Shown: one piece after another, positions 1 through 13,200 of the stretch
Layout: each line of letters starts with the position of its first letter
How positions within the stretch are numbered: position 1 is the first letter of the stretch
Virus record (IMG/VR): IMGVR_UViG_3300008339_009519
Location: 62,001 to 123,369 of that record
Strand: one strand, 5' to 3'
DNA from: an uncultured virus (IMG/VR IMGVR_UViG_3300008339_009519)
Taxonomy: Duplodnaviria; Heunggongvirae; Uroviricota; Caudoviricetes
Length of the DNA: 61,369 nt
The notes under the pieces: generated by a model
Database searches by the model: none
What the model was told of the DNA's origin: nothing
What the model saw: only the letters and a program-made list of their open reading frames with translations
Translations under genes and position numbers: made by a program

Positions 1-714
1 ATATGATGACTCACGTATACGTACGTCTCTGACCCCAGGAAGGGCAAGAGCGTTTAGTCTCAATGATTCAGCGGTGCCGTATGACTTTTCTTTAATAGAA
101 AAGCTTATTCTTCTCCTGTAGGAGTCATCACTTTCCATACCTGGCATAGCAAATATCTCTTTTGTATTTGTGCAAAATATGATAGATCCCTCTACGGAAG
201 TAAAGTTATGCTTAGTAAGAGTATTTTTTGCTGCAGTAAAATCTTGCCCAGTAAAAGAAGCAGCTATTCTTCCATAAGCTCTGGTTGTGCCAGCAATAAT
301 TGTTACTGAATCTTGAAGTTTATATTGGTACTGTTTGGAAGAAAATTCTGTAACATCATTATAAACTAATGTATCTTTTGGTATGACTATATCGCTAGAT
401 GATGGAGAAGAAATAAAGAATTCTATATTATAGCTCATTCTATCTTGTTCTATTTCTGGAGAAACAATTTTTCTTCTTACCCCATACAATTCACCTATAA
501 GGTCCAGTGATCTACCAGAAGCTGTGGATATAGATGTCTGATTGACACTAAACTTTAACGCCTCATATAAATCACCCATTTCTACTGCTACCGCTTCAGC
601 AAAGGCTCTAGCTATTGAGCCAGGATATGTTGCAGTAATGCCAGCATTTTTCTCTAGTGACAGAAGCATCTTCCCTAGAATCTCTGTTTTACTTTTGCTG
701 TATACGATTGGCAT
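1..714 (-). CDS. Baseplate J-like (gp6/XkdT) wedge protein, 3' end runs off the window; missing from ORF track
   Basis: Manual translation from ATG at 714 (GGAG RBS upstream): MPIVYSKSKTEILGKMLLSLEKNAGITATYPGSIARAFAEAV...TASGRSLDLIGELYGVRRK...ESDDSYRRRI...ALALPGVRDV. These are typical baseplate J motifs. Confidence 0.85.
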   Translation of the reverse strand, partial: MPIVYSKSKTEILGKMLLSLEKNAGITATYPGSIARAFAEAVAVEMGDLYEALKFSVNQTSISTASGRSLDLIGELYGVRRKIVSPEIEQDRMSYNIEFFISSPSSSDIVIPKDTLVYNDVTEFSSKQYQYKLQDSVTIIAGTTRAYGRIAASFTGQDFTAAKNTLTKHNFTSVEGSIIFCTNTKEIFAMPGMESDDSYRRRISFSIKEKSYGTAESLRLNALALPGVRDVRIRESSY

Positions 715-726
715 TTTTGCTCCTGT

Positions 727-1110
727 TTATATATCTTGAGTTATGGATAGGGTAATTGGCTCTAAAGAGTTGTCTTCAATATGCACATCAAATCTTATTG
801 CTGTTGCAGATACTGGAACTGCGTCTATTGATATAGATCTTCCTTTAAATATTCCACCTTTAGTTTCATTTTCTAAAGCTTCTCTAATAATTCTTTTGCC
901 TATTTCACCTGTAGTTTTACTTTGTGGCATTCCTTTGAGAAGGGACAAGTCACAACCTAATCTTGGGTAAATTGTAAAATCATTTGGTTCAGTCATCAAC
1001 CTTAAATAGATTTGCTGGGTATCTTTTTGAGCCCTATTTTGGACCATAGCTATATCTTTATTGCCAGATAATTTAATGTCTCCATCGTATCCAAAATAAA
1101 AATCGCTCAT
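727..1110 (-). CDS. Baseplate wedge/sheath initiator, gp25/DUF2634-like
   Basis: QQIYLRLMTEPNDFTIYPRLGCDL pattern; sits just upstream of baseplate J. Start placed at MSDFY (1110), which overlaps the upstream stop as TAATG. Confidence 0.7.
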   Translation of the reverse strand: MSDFYFGYDGDIKLSGNKDIAMVQNRAQKDTQQIYLRLMTEPNDFTIYPRLGCDLSLLKGMPQSKTTGEIGKRIIREALENETKGGIFKGRSISIDAVPVSATAIRFDVHIEDNSLEPITLSITQDI

Positions 1111-1793
1111 TATTTTTCCAAACCGTCTGTTATCCATGGAAAGTTTTCTAGATTTCCTGACTTATTTAACTCACTATTTGAAACTTTATCTAAAGCGTCT
1201 TGGAATGTATATCCATTTGACATGAAATCGACAAGTAATTCAACTTCTGATTCAGTGTGCGTTTTAGCATACGTGTCAATTAAAGTTTTTTGCTCTAGAG
1301 TAAGTTTATTTGGGTCAGATACCAGTGGAGTATCCTTTCCTAAATTTAAACCTAAACCATATTCACCCATAATAGTAATAGGGCTTTGCTCTTGGTTCTG
1401 TGTAAATTGCTCCAAATTATTCAAATAATAACCTGATCTATAATAAGCTGGATTATTTAAGAAATCATTAGTTTTTAAAAGAGCTGGCTCATTATACACG
1501 TCAGAAGCTGGATTAAATGATTTGTCATTCCATCTTAAACCGTCATCATCTCTACAAAAGAACTTAATAGAATCTGCTACAATCGCAACACTTCTTGTAT
1601 TTGGATTTAAAATAAGTCCAACACCAGGAGCTGCAAATATTTCTATTTCACCCGAGTCGGCTATTCTTATGAAACCCTTGTGGTCTGGATGAGTAATACC
1701 AACTTCTCTATTTGAAAATTCTTTTCTTCTCTTTAATTCTGCTCCCTCATTAAAGACATTAGATTTTCTTGACTCTTCTTCATTATTAATCAT
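1110..1793 (-). CDS. Hypothetical baseplate protein (possible spike-associated beta-strand region)
   Basis: 227-aa ORF between spike and wedge genes; EVGITHPDHKGFIRIADSGEIEIFA resembles spike beta-strand segments. Confidence 0.45.
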   Translation of the reverse strand: MINNEEESRKSNVFNEGAELKRRKEFSNREVGITHPDHKGFIRIADSGEIEIFAAPGVGLILNPNTRSVAIVADSIKFFCRDDDGLRWNDKSFNPASDVYNEPALLKTNDFLNNPAYYRSGYYLNNLEQFTQNQEQSPITIMGEYGLGLNLGKDTPLVSDPNKLTLEQKTLIDTYAKTHTESEVELLVDFMSNGYTFQDALDKVSNSELNKSGNLENFPWITDGLEK

Positions 1794-1795
1794 AA

Positions 1796-2159
1796 TTACA
1801 CCATAAACTTTGGGATACCGGTATCTACCGTTGTATTTCGAGTATTTTTATATGAACGTGGTTCGTTGAAGTACATTATAATATATGGATCGTCTTCGTG
1901 CTCATCTCTAAAACCCACGAGGCATCGTGTGCCTGGTGATGGGGCTACTGATTGTATGCCATAGATAAACGGGCAAGGGACATTGGGTATCATGTTCCCG
2001 AATATTACTTGAGAACTTTTCGTCAACCATTACAGTAGCTGTATTTTGAGCTGAATTATAACTCATTATTGTTCCAGGTCTATTTTTTACCTGCCTAAAT
2101 TTTGAGTCATCAATTTGATCAGTTATTTTTTTATCAAATTTTGGATAGTTAATTGCCAT
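1796..2159 (-). CDS. Baseplate spike gp5/gpV-like OB-fold protein (~120 aa), needs +1 shift at CGG 1998-2000
   Basis: ORFs 1908..2159 and 1796..2026 join at AAT ATT (C)GGG AAC ATG, giving RPGTIMSYNSAQNTATVMVDEKFSSNIGNMIPNVPCPFIYGIQSVAPSPGTRCLVGF. Confidence 0.7.
1998..2000 (-). other. In-frame CGG +1 frameshift site 1 (ATT CGG G)
   Basis: Codon 54 of the 2159 ORF; the +1 frame continues the OB-fold protein. Confidence 0.75.
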
Positions 2160-2176
2160 AATTACCTTCTGTAAAA

Positions 2177-4232
2177 TTAAACGTTTTCTTCATAATATTC
2201 ACCATTCATCCAATCTTCAATATATGGATATGGTTTATTATTTTTGAATTTTGTTCTAATCCAACTTTTTAAAGTTTCTATTTTTTTACCACTATTAGTA
2301 TATGCGGAGGAAATAGTAGAAAATTTTACCTTGTTAATAAATCCATATGTTCCTTTATAGTCTCCCCATGGACCAAATATATAATTATCAAATTGAGTAT
2401 TGTTTTTTAATCTTTTAGAAAATTCTACTTCTCCAGCTCCCGTAACGCCTACCATGTAAGCTTGGTTGTATGGTATAAAAATTCTTTGATCAACCGTACT
2501 TCTAGAAGCTGTATTTTTTACTTTATCTTCTAAGTCAGACTGAGATAAACCTTCTTCTGTAGCGTAAGCTAATTTAAGGCCGAGCACGTTTTGGTCACTT
2601 GGATACTTTAAGAAAAATGTTTTTTTACCGTTTGCTGCTGGAAGTAAATTTATTTGGAACAAACCGAAAGAAAAATCTTTAGTAACCCTATTAGGGTTTA
2701 ATGCATACGGGCTAAATCTAGATTCTCTTTCTGCGATCCCTACAAAGATGGCTGCGACTTCATAACTATATAGGCCAGTTGTCACTAGCATGTTTAGAAT
2801 TTCATCAGGAGATAATGTTTCATTTGGCTTATTATAATAATTTGTTTTAAATTTATCAAAATTTAACTCCGAACCACCACCTGAACCACCAAAAGAAATT
2901 TGCCCTAGTGTTTCAGCCATCGCTGGAGTTAAAAAAGATCCTGCTCTTTGCGCACTAAAACTTATATGGATGTGGTTTCTATGGCTACTATCGCATCCAA
3001 AGTTTATATACGGAGAAAGAGCTTTGTATTTAACTCTAACAGCTGAGTTTGAATCCTCTAAACCTTTCTCCAAAACACCTAATTCACTTGCAAGCTGATC
3101 ATGGACTATGATTAAATCTGGATGTAGCTCTCTTGGAAGTTTTTGAAGATTAGATAAAAAAATGTCTAGTCCTCTTCTATAGGAATCAAGATTTGTTACA
3201 AGATTTATTGGTGGGTTTATTCCATCTCCGACCATATCAATGTCAAAACCTCTTCCAAAGGAGTGATCGGAAACACCATTATTTTCTGCGGTTAGAGCTC
3301 CAAAGTTTGATGAAACAATAGTTCTATGTGTTCCTTGACCACCAGAAATATATGATGTGTTTGTTAATTCCAAAAGAAGTTGTATAAGAGCTGCTGAGAC
3401 ATAGCATGTTTTTGTTCCGTGAACCTATATACTCTTTTGGTATCGGAATCCCAGAACCGTCTCCGCCACCATAAAAAGTTCCACCTTGATATATCTCAAA
3501 ACCCAATTTAGTTAAATCTTGATTTGTTCCACTAGGTAAAGTATTTTGATTAAAATTAATAGAAAAAGTTGATATACTACCTTTAAAATTACTTTTTTTA
3601 TTTAATTCTGATGTTTTAGTTTGATATATTTCTTTTTCTTTGTCTGTTAAATTTTCTTCAAGTGCTATTTGTCTAGAACCACCATTATAGGATTCTGCAT
3701 TTTGCGCGGGGCTATATCCGGTTGTGCTATGGCTATAGCTGCCACCATAATCATTACCAACTGAGCCGCTACCATCTGTGTTTAAAGTTGTAGAATTAAC
3801 AACAGTTGCGTTCATCGCTCTCAAAGTTGCTTCAAATCCACTTGGAGCAACGCCAGTTGACATAATGGACTGTTTCATTATTTCAGATCTAGCTGCAGCT
3901 CCAGTTAAATATTTACTATTAGTTGGATCGTCTGGGTCAGCTATTTTTATTTCATCATCTATATCTGCTTGTGCTGCCAATATACCGTGTAGTGCTGATT
4001 GGGTTGACTGTGCGTATGCTGCCGTAGCAAAAGCTGGATTTCTGAAAAGTCCATCTCCTTGTAAAATTTTTGCTGGATCAGCACTTCTTAAAGTTCTATC
4101 CTGCATCGGCAATCTTGACATTGTTGTATTCTTAACAACAACTTCACCATTTGGATAAAACTGTGAACCTACCTTATCAACAATGCTTTGGGTGCTTGAA
4201 AAATCAGATGAATCTAGTTCAAAATCAGACAT
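2177..4232 (-). CDS. Virion-associated peptidoglycan hydrolase (~684 aa): M15-like peptidase plus lytic transglycosylase; +1 shift at CGG 3417-3419
   Basis: SDHSFGRGFDID and HRNHIHISF (M15/LAS-type Zn peptidase motifs); AERESRFSPYALN...SFGLFQIN (SLT motif). ORFs 3324..4232 and 2177..3373 join at TCA (C)GGA ACA AAA ACA TGC. Confidence 0.75.
3417..3419 (-). other. In-frame CGG +1 frameshift site 2 (TCA CGG A)
   Basis: Codon 272 of the 4232 ORF; the +1 frame reads GTKTCYVSAALIQLLLELT into the 2177 ORF. Confidence 0.8.
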
Positions 4233-4233
4233 A

Positions 4234-7200
4234 TTATTCTACTTCTCTTGGTATTGGTGTTACATCTTCTACTGAATAAAGCGCAGGTCCTTTAATTGCT
4301 AAAAGCCCCTTAGTGTAAACTTGAGCTAATCCTGTAGTTACAAGTTCCCAGTTAAGCGTTATAGGACTTCCATCATTATAGTACTCATTCCATTCGGCCA
4401 TTGGCCATTCTGCTGCTTTTTCGTATACCCTATAAAGAATAAGAATCGATATTGCAGCGTCAAATGCTTTCTTTTCTAGGTTAGTTAGTCCGTTTAGTGC
4501 GTCAGTTTCACCCAATGATTCAAAATGAATATATCCGTTTTCTGGAACTGAACTATATATTGGAGGGGACATTGTGTAAACGGCTTGCTCATCTACAATT
4601 GCGTCATAAAGTGTATCAAATCTTGTGTAAACAACAGATTGTGGACTTATGGATTCTTTTACTTTTTCCTTTATATACGCAATTGAGTTCGATGTAGATT
4701 CTGGAATTCCTAAAAATATTCCTCTAACCTTTAGATAAATTGAATTATATATATCTTTGTCAGTTCTATAGAAAACACTTGCCATATAACGATCATCCCA
4801 ATTTTGGGTTTTTGATTCATACGCAGCTAAATAATTTTCTGGGTTGTTGTATGCTGCTCCTGCTTCAAAATCATCAGCTGTTAAAATCATGGCAGGATTA
4901 TTAGGACTTATTCTTAAGACAAATAACTTTCCTTCAAGAGCTTGCTTAGTATAATGAAGTGCTTTTGATGCTGGAGAGTTTGGGTTGATAATTGCAGTGT
5001 CAGAAGTAACGTTATTCTTAGCAAGTTCTGCTGTGTTTATTCCCTCAAATCTAACATCATATTCTTTGTTTGTTAGCACATCGTATGCCTTTATGGTGTC
5101 ACCGTCTTTGACATGCGTTACTTTAACAATTGCTTTAAAGAATTCATTTAACCCTGTTTTTTCTGGACCAAGACCAGAATACTTTAATATCTCTGATTGT
5201 ACTATTGCATTTTCCAAACTTATGTGTCTAACTAACGCACTTATTTCTTTTTCTTTCCAACCAAAACTACTTAGTAGATCATCACTTCTGACAAATGCGT
5301 GTCCATCTGCTGTTTTAACTTTTGATCTAACACCAAGAATACCTGGTAATAGTCTCTTTGAATGGTATTTGCCAACAACCATTCCTTGGAAATTGGACAA
5401 CCCTGCGTCCATTGGTTGACCATTTTTTGACAAATATTGTATATAACATCCGTGTTGATCCAACACATTGTTTCTAACCCATTTCCAAGCACTCCAGGCT
5501 GCATCTGTTAAACCAGCACCAACTGCTGCAACTGCGCCAGCAGCAAGAGCTCCTGTTCCGCCTGTAGCTACAAATGTGGCTGCAGTAGCTGTGGCAGTTA
5601 TTGCTGGCATTACTAGGCCTGCAAAAATAGCTGCTCCTGCACTACCATCAGTTTTGCCTGTATTATTCTTTATTAATTGTTTAACTTTTTCATTTGTGTC
5701 AGGGAGAGAGTCTGCCAATTGATTTGCTTGTATGTCTCTAAGCAAAGCTGTATGGCCATGTGTATATTGCATGCCGCCCATCATTTGATCTTTTAGCATG
5801 TCCCCTAAATTATCTATTGACACATCACCATTAATAGTGAGTCTACTGTTATTGGACTTATTCAGTAGCAAAAGCTTTGCATCATTTCTTAGATTCATCA
5901 TGCTGAAGTGTGCGGCGCACCAAGAGGACATAAACCATCTTGCTGGGTCATTTACGCTTACAAATGCATTAGGAGTTATACTTGTTATAAAACCTGTTTC
6001 TGGGGTGAAGTGGTGCACTACTTGTTCTACTTCGAATATTCCATACATTCTTTCATAAACGTCAGCTAAGTAAACTAAGTCGTGTGGTCTAATGTCTGCG
6101 TTTCCTACAACAATTATTTCTCCACCATATATATCTTTTAAAGATTCTTTCAAATATGCTAAGGCGACTCTTCTTGCTGTCAGTTCATCCGGTTCACCTT
6201 GAGCATGTTTTGCAATTCCTCTTGCTGTTTCAAGAGGGTGGAAAATTGGATGAAGTATACCGAAGACTCCTTCACCTTTTGCGTTATCAAAGTAAAGCCC
6301 AGTTTCAACTGTTTTTTCAACTTGCTTTTCAGCTGGAGCAGATTTGTCTAACGATACTGTTACTGGATATTTGCCATCAGAAACCGCAGTAATTTGAGTT
6401 GCTACCTTACCATTTTCCTTAATATTATTGGACAAGATGTGAGTGAATGAGCTTAGATAGTGCATTCTTTGGAACGGCTCTCTGATCTCAACTACTGGTT
6501 CACCATATTCTCTTGTAAATGGATTATCTACAGCTCTTAACAAAGTCCCAGGTCTACCAAGAGAATAGTAGATTGAATCGTTATAAGCCTTATTTAAAAT
6601 ATTTGCTTGTTTAGTAAAGTTTTCTAGCTCTTGTAGTCCATAACCCATTTGAGCCATAGACATTCTAAACATATTAAGAAGATTTCCAAGAGCCGCATCA
6701 AATGCTGTAAATATAGGACCAATATTTCTGTCCCAAAAACCAATTGCATCTTCGCCAATTCCAGTAACCCAGTTGCTAGCGTTGTTGCCCTCTTTTGCGT
6801 TTTTTTGTAGAAGCTTAATAAATGCTTGACTGTTTGATGCGTACTGAGCGTTATAGTCTATGAAGGCATGGAACATTTTGTCTACTGATCTAAAACTCCA
6901 TTGATCATTTTCATTACCAAAAATGTCTAAAGCCGCTACAGTTGCTCCAAATGGAATAGACACTGCTGTGGCAGCAACAGTGGCAGCTGTCCCCCAGCCA
7001 GTTGCACTATAACGCTTTTTATCTGGTCTTAGTACAAGCCATGCTCTTGCATAAGGGTCTGACCACATCTTTTGTCTGAAAATACCTACTAACAACAAGA
7101 ATAATTGTTTTGGACTTTCAACACTTTCTAGTAAAAGTTTAGCTTTTTCTTCTGAACTAGAAGTTGATTTTATTTTTCCTAACTTTTCTTGGATTCTTTC

Positions 7201-10200
7201 GTATATACTTTGGCCATCTGTTCCAGGTTCAGATATGTCTTTACCAGTTGGGTCCTGTTCTGGGTTTGTTGGCTGTGCATAGTCGTATGTTTCAAAATGA
7301 TTACGCACCAGTTCTCTGATGCTTGTTGCTTTGTTTATTATTAATGCGTTGTAGGCATCAAGTATGCCTTTGTCTTTATTGATTAAAGGCTTGCTATTTT
7401 CGTCTACTCCATCATAGCCACCATCTATATATTCATCCACTGCTATATCTATAGCTGATTGCTTTGCAGCTGTTTGAGCGCTGACAGAACTAATCCAGTC
7501 TGCGCCAAGTAAAGTTGTAAATTCAGAACTTCTTGTATCTGCTCCAAATTCTTCTAGTGCAAAATCAGTTTTCCAAGTTAATAAGCTAAATATTGGATCA
7601 GTAGAAACCTTATCATCATCTGGATCAAGATTATAAACTTGTTGAAATATATTTTTTACTGAATCATAAGTATGATATCCATATCTAAATTGATCCCAAA
7701 TTTGCTGTGCTTCGGCAACTCTTCTTCCATTTCCAGCGATAACCTTAACTGTACTATCGAACTTTTCATCATAAAACCCTCTTGCTGTTACAGAAACGGC
7801 ATCCAGTGGATCATAAACTGCTGCAAACTTTTCGTTCTTTTTTCCTTCTCTATCTTTTTTAATTTCGTCAAAAAGATTATCTTGCGATAATTCACCTAGT
7901 TCATTGCTAATAATCTTGTCATAATACTCAAGATAATTGCCACCTTGACTCCATTCTTTTGTCCAATCAGCTGCAGTTTTTAATGCTAATTGATCGTCAA
8001 AAGTATAATCATCCTTTATTATAACTCCTGTATGAGTATTTCTCTTTAGACTTGGATGCGCACTGGTGTTTACCCCAACTTGTTTTGCTGGCAACCTATC
8101 ATCGTTCATGTCAAGAATGTCTGATATTGGAGTGCCATCAGATGCTTTGAAGGCACCAAAACCAACTAAGAAATTTTCTTCCGAAAACTTCCAACCATCT
8201 TCTACATATCTAAAAGCGTTAGCTGGGTTATAAGTGCTTGTTACAACTCCTAGTGGGGTAGTATCAGAAACAAATGTAAATCTACATTCAGAAAGATTTT
8301 GTTCTGCCATGCCCAATATTTCCCATTGGGCACTAGTGGTGGTTAACTCAACTCCTTCTGAATTAACACTTTCGATATTCTCTAATGGAGAAAGTATTTG
8401 ACCTTTACTGTTAATCAACAGTCCTAAGAAGTAAGCTGCGTCTGGAGAAACAATAGCGTCTATTTTATTGCTTCCGTTTCCGTCTTCATCGGATTCGGTT
8501 TCTCCCCATAAGAAGTACGCTGGAGCACAAACTACAGCTGTGTTTGTTTGCTCATTATAAACTAATACTCTTCTCTTTTTATATTCTTCAGGAGAGCCAA
8601 CTAAATCTTCTTCTTGAAAGTTGTACATCTTCAAGAATTTTTTAAGAACTTCTTTTTGAACTTCTGGAGTCGGAGCAGTTTTATTTACCTTTGAAGCAAT
8701 TTCTGTCAAACCTGGTATTGGATTATAAGGCCATCTCATGGCAATATAGAATTGCTCTTCTTCAGCTGTCTTTGGCATTCCCCAATCTCTAAAGTTCAGT
8801 GGGAGAGTATTAAACTCTTGTTGCAGAGCATAGACTGGATCTAAGTCATCATAATACTCTTGGAATTTTTCTACAAAATATTGTGGGTTTTCAGTTATTA
8901 TTGGAAGCGGCATTTGTACAGTGTATGATGCGTTTATCTGACCCAAGTTACCGTTTGGGTCATAAATACCAGAAGGGTCAAATGCTGCAGTGCCAGTTAA
9001 TAATTCATCTATCCCCATCATCGGGAGTTTTGCTGCAAAGCTAAAATTAAAATCTAATGTTGTTTCACCATTCTTGTCACTTACAAGCGCAGTAGATTCT
9101 GAATCTTTTTCTTTAGATATTAATCCTTTTTCAAGTAATGAAATTGCAACAATATTGTTTATGTTTCTAGTAAAATCTTCTTGAGTATTTCCTCTAACTA
9201 TCTTGTCATAGTCTAGTGATGGGAGTATACCAGATGTTCTGTTTGTAAAAAATGGATACCTAAATCGTATTGGTAGTTGGTCTATTTGCTTATGTTTGTC
9301 AACTTGAATTGGAGCTTCTGTTCCTTCTCCATTAGGACCAAATGGAAGGTGAAATCCAACTTGTACTTTTCCTCTATTTACGGGAAGTCTAGATACTATC
9401 TCATCATAATGTTTATAGACACTACGATTTTCATCAAGAAAATTAATTACCTTTCCTCTTAAAGGAGCTCCTGATCTAAAGATGCCACTAAAAGACAACA
9501 TGTCTTTTGACATAGCTGCTATTGATTCTGAAACAGAACTTTCTGTAGATTGTGAAACTGCTAACGCATCTGCTATAGGGGATTGTTCTTTGTTAACTGT
9601 ATCCAATATCTTTTGCAATGAATCATCTGCGTCAATATAACCTGGGATTGATACACCGTCCATCTTAGCTTGTTCTTCATTTGGGAAACCTGTTGATATT
9701 GGATATACTCCGGATGTATAAAGCCAGTGTGGCTTACCATAAAATATAGTAGATCTATCTTCAAATGGTCTGACTGCAACTATATAGTTTGGAAGCAAGC
9801 GTGCACACATCTGGAACATGTCCCAAACAGATCTCATATAAGTTTGAGCTCTAAACGAAACTTCATCGTAAATATCGTCGTCTAGATCAGAAACAAGACC
9901 AAGAGTTTTCATAACATTAGTAAAACCACGACCCTGCAAAGACTTACCTAATTTTGCACCAAGGAGCAGGCCTGCACCTGGAGCAATAAAATTACCGACA
10001 GTAACTCCAGCACCAACGGCCAAAGCTCCACCGATTATTTTACTTGTTCCTACAGCTTTACTTGAATCTACAAGTTCATTTCCTGCTGTAGATCTTTCCA
10101 AAACTTGATTAGCATCTATATTGCTCATATTCTGAGATTGTTCTATTAGACCTGACCATGATCTATTTGACAATCTATCTGCATAACCAAATTTTTCTCT

Positions 10201-13200
10201 ATCAATTTCTGATATATCAATGCTGGCCATGGTTGCCCAACCGTCATCTAAGTCACCACCCAAAAATTGAGCAACTCCAACACCATTGCCCGGATAGATA
10301 TTTCTTTTAAAGATTTCTAAATCTCTTTGAGTTGAAAAATTTCCCCAAAGTGTTTGCATTGCGCCTAAAACTGGTGTTCTTACCGAGCCACCAAAGCTTT
10401 GGAGGCCTCCAGCTGTTGGAGGAGATATAATTCCACCGGTCATTATATCAGTACTTAAAGAAGCAGTAGTTGCTATCCCTCCAGTAATTATATTTGCTGC
10501 AGAATTCCAAGCAAGGCCAGCTGTTCCGGTAATCGGATTTCTTCCAGTTGCATTGAAAGCGTTAATTACACTCTGCTTATACATAGAGCTTTTAGCCTCT
10601 TCCTGAGGAGTAAGAGGTTTATAAAGTATTGAACCAAAGTGTCTAATACCAAATTTGTTTTCGGAAAAAACTGCTCCTCTGGTTGCATGAGCAAATGCTT
10701 CTCTTGTTCTTGATGCTCCCATAGATAAAAGTCTTATCATTAAGTCTCTTGGTTCAGACATCCAAAGACCAGTGTTTATTCCACCATCAATTTTTCCGCT
10801 GTCACCCTTTTTCTTTGTGCTATTAATTATAGGACTTAGCTCAACGGCATCTGACTGTGCAATGACTGTTATTATTTCCCCATGGTCAACTTCAGCTATC
10901 ACGCCATTAAAAATAGTTTGAAGAGAATTTGGGTTAGCTCCGTATCCAGCTCTTAAGTGAACTCTTACTCCTGGCTTTAATCTCATTTGGTTTATTTCGG
11001 TCACATATCTAGAGTTCATGTGAGACTTCATATTCATTGATCTTCTTATCAAAGTCTCAACAATTTTTGCAGAACCGCCTGCAAGATTTGCAGCTGTCTT
11101 ATCTATCTCAGCATTTGTAACCCCGCCACTTAATTGCCCGTCCATATTAACTATGCTGCTTAATGAGGCTTCTGGTTTAGATAATTTGGAATAAGTATTT
11201 GATATTCTTAGCATCAGTGTGTCGCCAAGAATATCTTCTGACTGAACTATCGAAAAGTCAATAATAGATTGCAAGCCATAGAAATTATCAAAAAGCTTAA
11301 CGCCAGCAAAGTAGTTACCATCATCAATAAGCCACAACATGTAAGTTGGGTATGCTCTAACCATTCTGCCTGATAGATCTCTATATTGGGTATCCATCAT
11401 CATCTTTTGCCAGTGTTTTGCAACGCCTTTGTGTGACCCGCCAGTTGAAACAGTTTGCATTGTATCTTTCCCAGAAGAACCATAAGCGCTCATGTATCCA
11501 TCTAGACTCTTGGCTCCTGGTACTCCAGTATGAGAATCTTGCTTCTCTCTTTCTGGAGATTGTGTGTCAGATATCTGGGTAACTTGTGACGTAGGAACAA
11601 GCTTTCCATTAGAAGATACCCTCAAGAAGTCTTGAGATACATAGAATCTTCCATCTTCTCTATTTGAGTAACCCATCACATAACCACCATCTGGTGTTTG
11701 ATAAATAGCTGGAATTTTATTGGTGTCTTTTGGATCTGCTGCTGGAACAAGATGGATCATACCGAAATGATCAACATCATCTGGGTCAAATGAAGGGGCT
11801 TGATTGCCAGCAGAACTTTCTGCTGACTCTGCTATTAGCTTATTAAACTTTTCAACTTGTTCTTTAGAGCCAGACATTAAATCGCCAACTCTTATACTTC
11901 CATATCTTGTATCAAATTTTACGTCGTCAAAATTATACTCAACATCATCATCGTCTTTAAATAGCTCAATCATATCTTTCCAAATATTTGGATATTTATT
12001 TGCTATAAATCTGCTTGATTGCAGTGATGTTTCAAATTCTGGTTCAATTTGTTGGTCAAATATTGCAATTCTGAAAACCTTCATTGCTTCATCAGCTGGA
12101 AGATTATTTTCATTAATTAAATAATTCTTTATTTCTTCAATATTTCCATTATTTTCAATTAACTTCTTTTTAACAAAGTATACAAAAGATTTTCCTCTGT
12201 CATTTAAATGTGTTTTTTCATTTTCCCATTCACCAATAGGAAGTGTGTAGTTATTCGGATCAATAATATTATTTACAACATCATTATCAAATGTTTCAAA
12301 ACTTCTAAAATAGAAATCTGGGTCTAAAGACCCAACGTACTCCTTAGTTGATGGGTCTTCAACTGACAATGGCATATCAGGGTATGCATTAAATGCACCC
12401 CACTTTTGCTTCAGTCTCAGGAATGGATTTCGCTTTGTGCCAAATTCTTTAATTAAAGCTATTTGCTGCTCAGAACTGATGTTCTCTCTTTTTTGCTGGA
12501 ATATATCAAAGTCTACTAACATTAGGTTTACGTTATAAACATGAGGAAAGCCAGGAACAGTATCTACTGAATAGTTTACGGGAAGAACATATTTAATTCC
12601 AGCAAGGGCGCAAACTATATTTTTTATGCCCATAAAACCAATTACCCCAGCAGCGTGCTCCAGTCTAGCTAGACCACTCAAAAACTCAAACATTTTTCTT
12701 ATTTTTCTTAATTCATCTTCACCAAAAATTGTCATTGAAATACTGACCATAGAATCTTTTGAACCTATGTATTGGAATGTTGGCTCTTCTTGCATTTGGA
12801 GTTGCAACTTTGCCAAGTTATTTCCCATTGAAAGAGAAACTGAATTTACTATAACATTGTTTGGGTTTAAATCAATCTTCATCATGGGGACTTCCCATTC
12901 CCTAATGGTGAATGCTGATATTTTTCTTCCGTCTATTTTTGAGTACTTTTCAGCGTCTCTTATTAAACCAACGCCAAGAAGTTGTTGGATGCTTTCATCT
13001 TTAAATACTCTTTCATACAAAGAAACCATGAACGCATCAACAAATTTAGCTTGTTCTTGAGCGTATGTTGATCGCCAGTCTTTTGAATTTTCTGGTTTTG
13101 TTTTATCAAAATCTATTTTTTTCTTTTTTAGAATAGCTTCTGTATTTTTTCTTATCTGATAATCTAACATTCCTTTGGTTGTTTGAGAAGCGTTGTAGAG

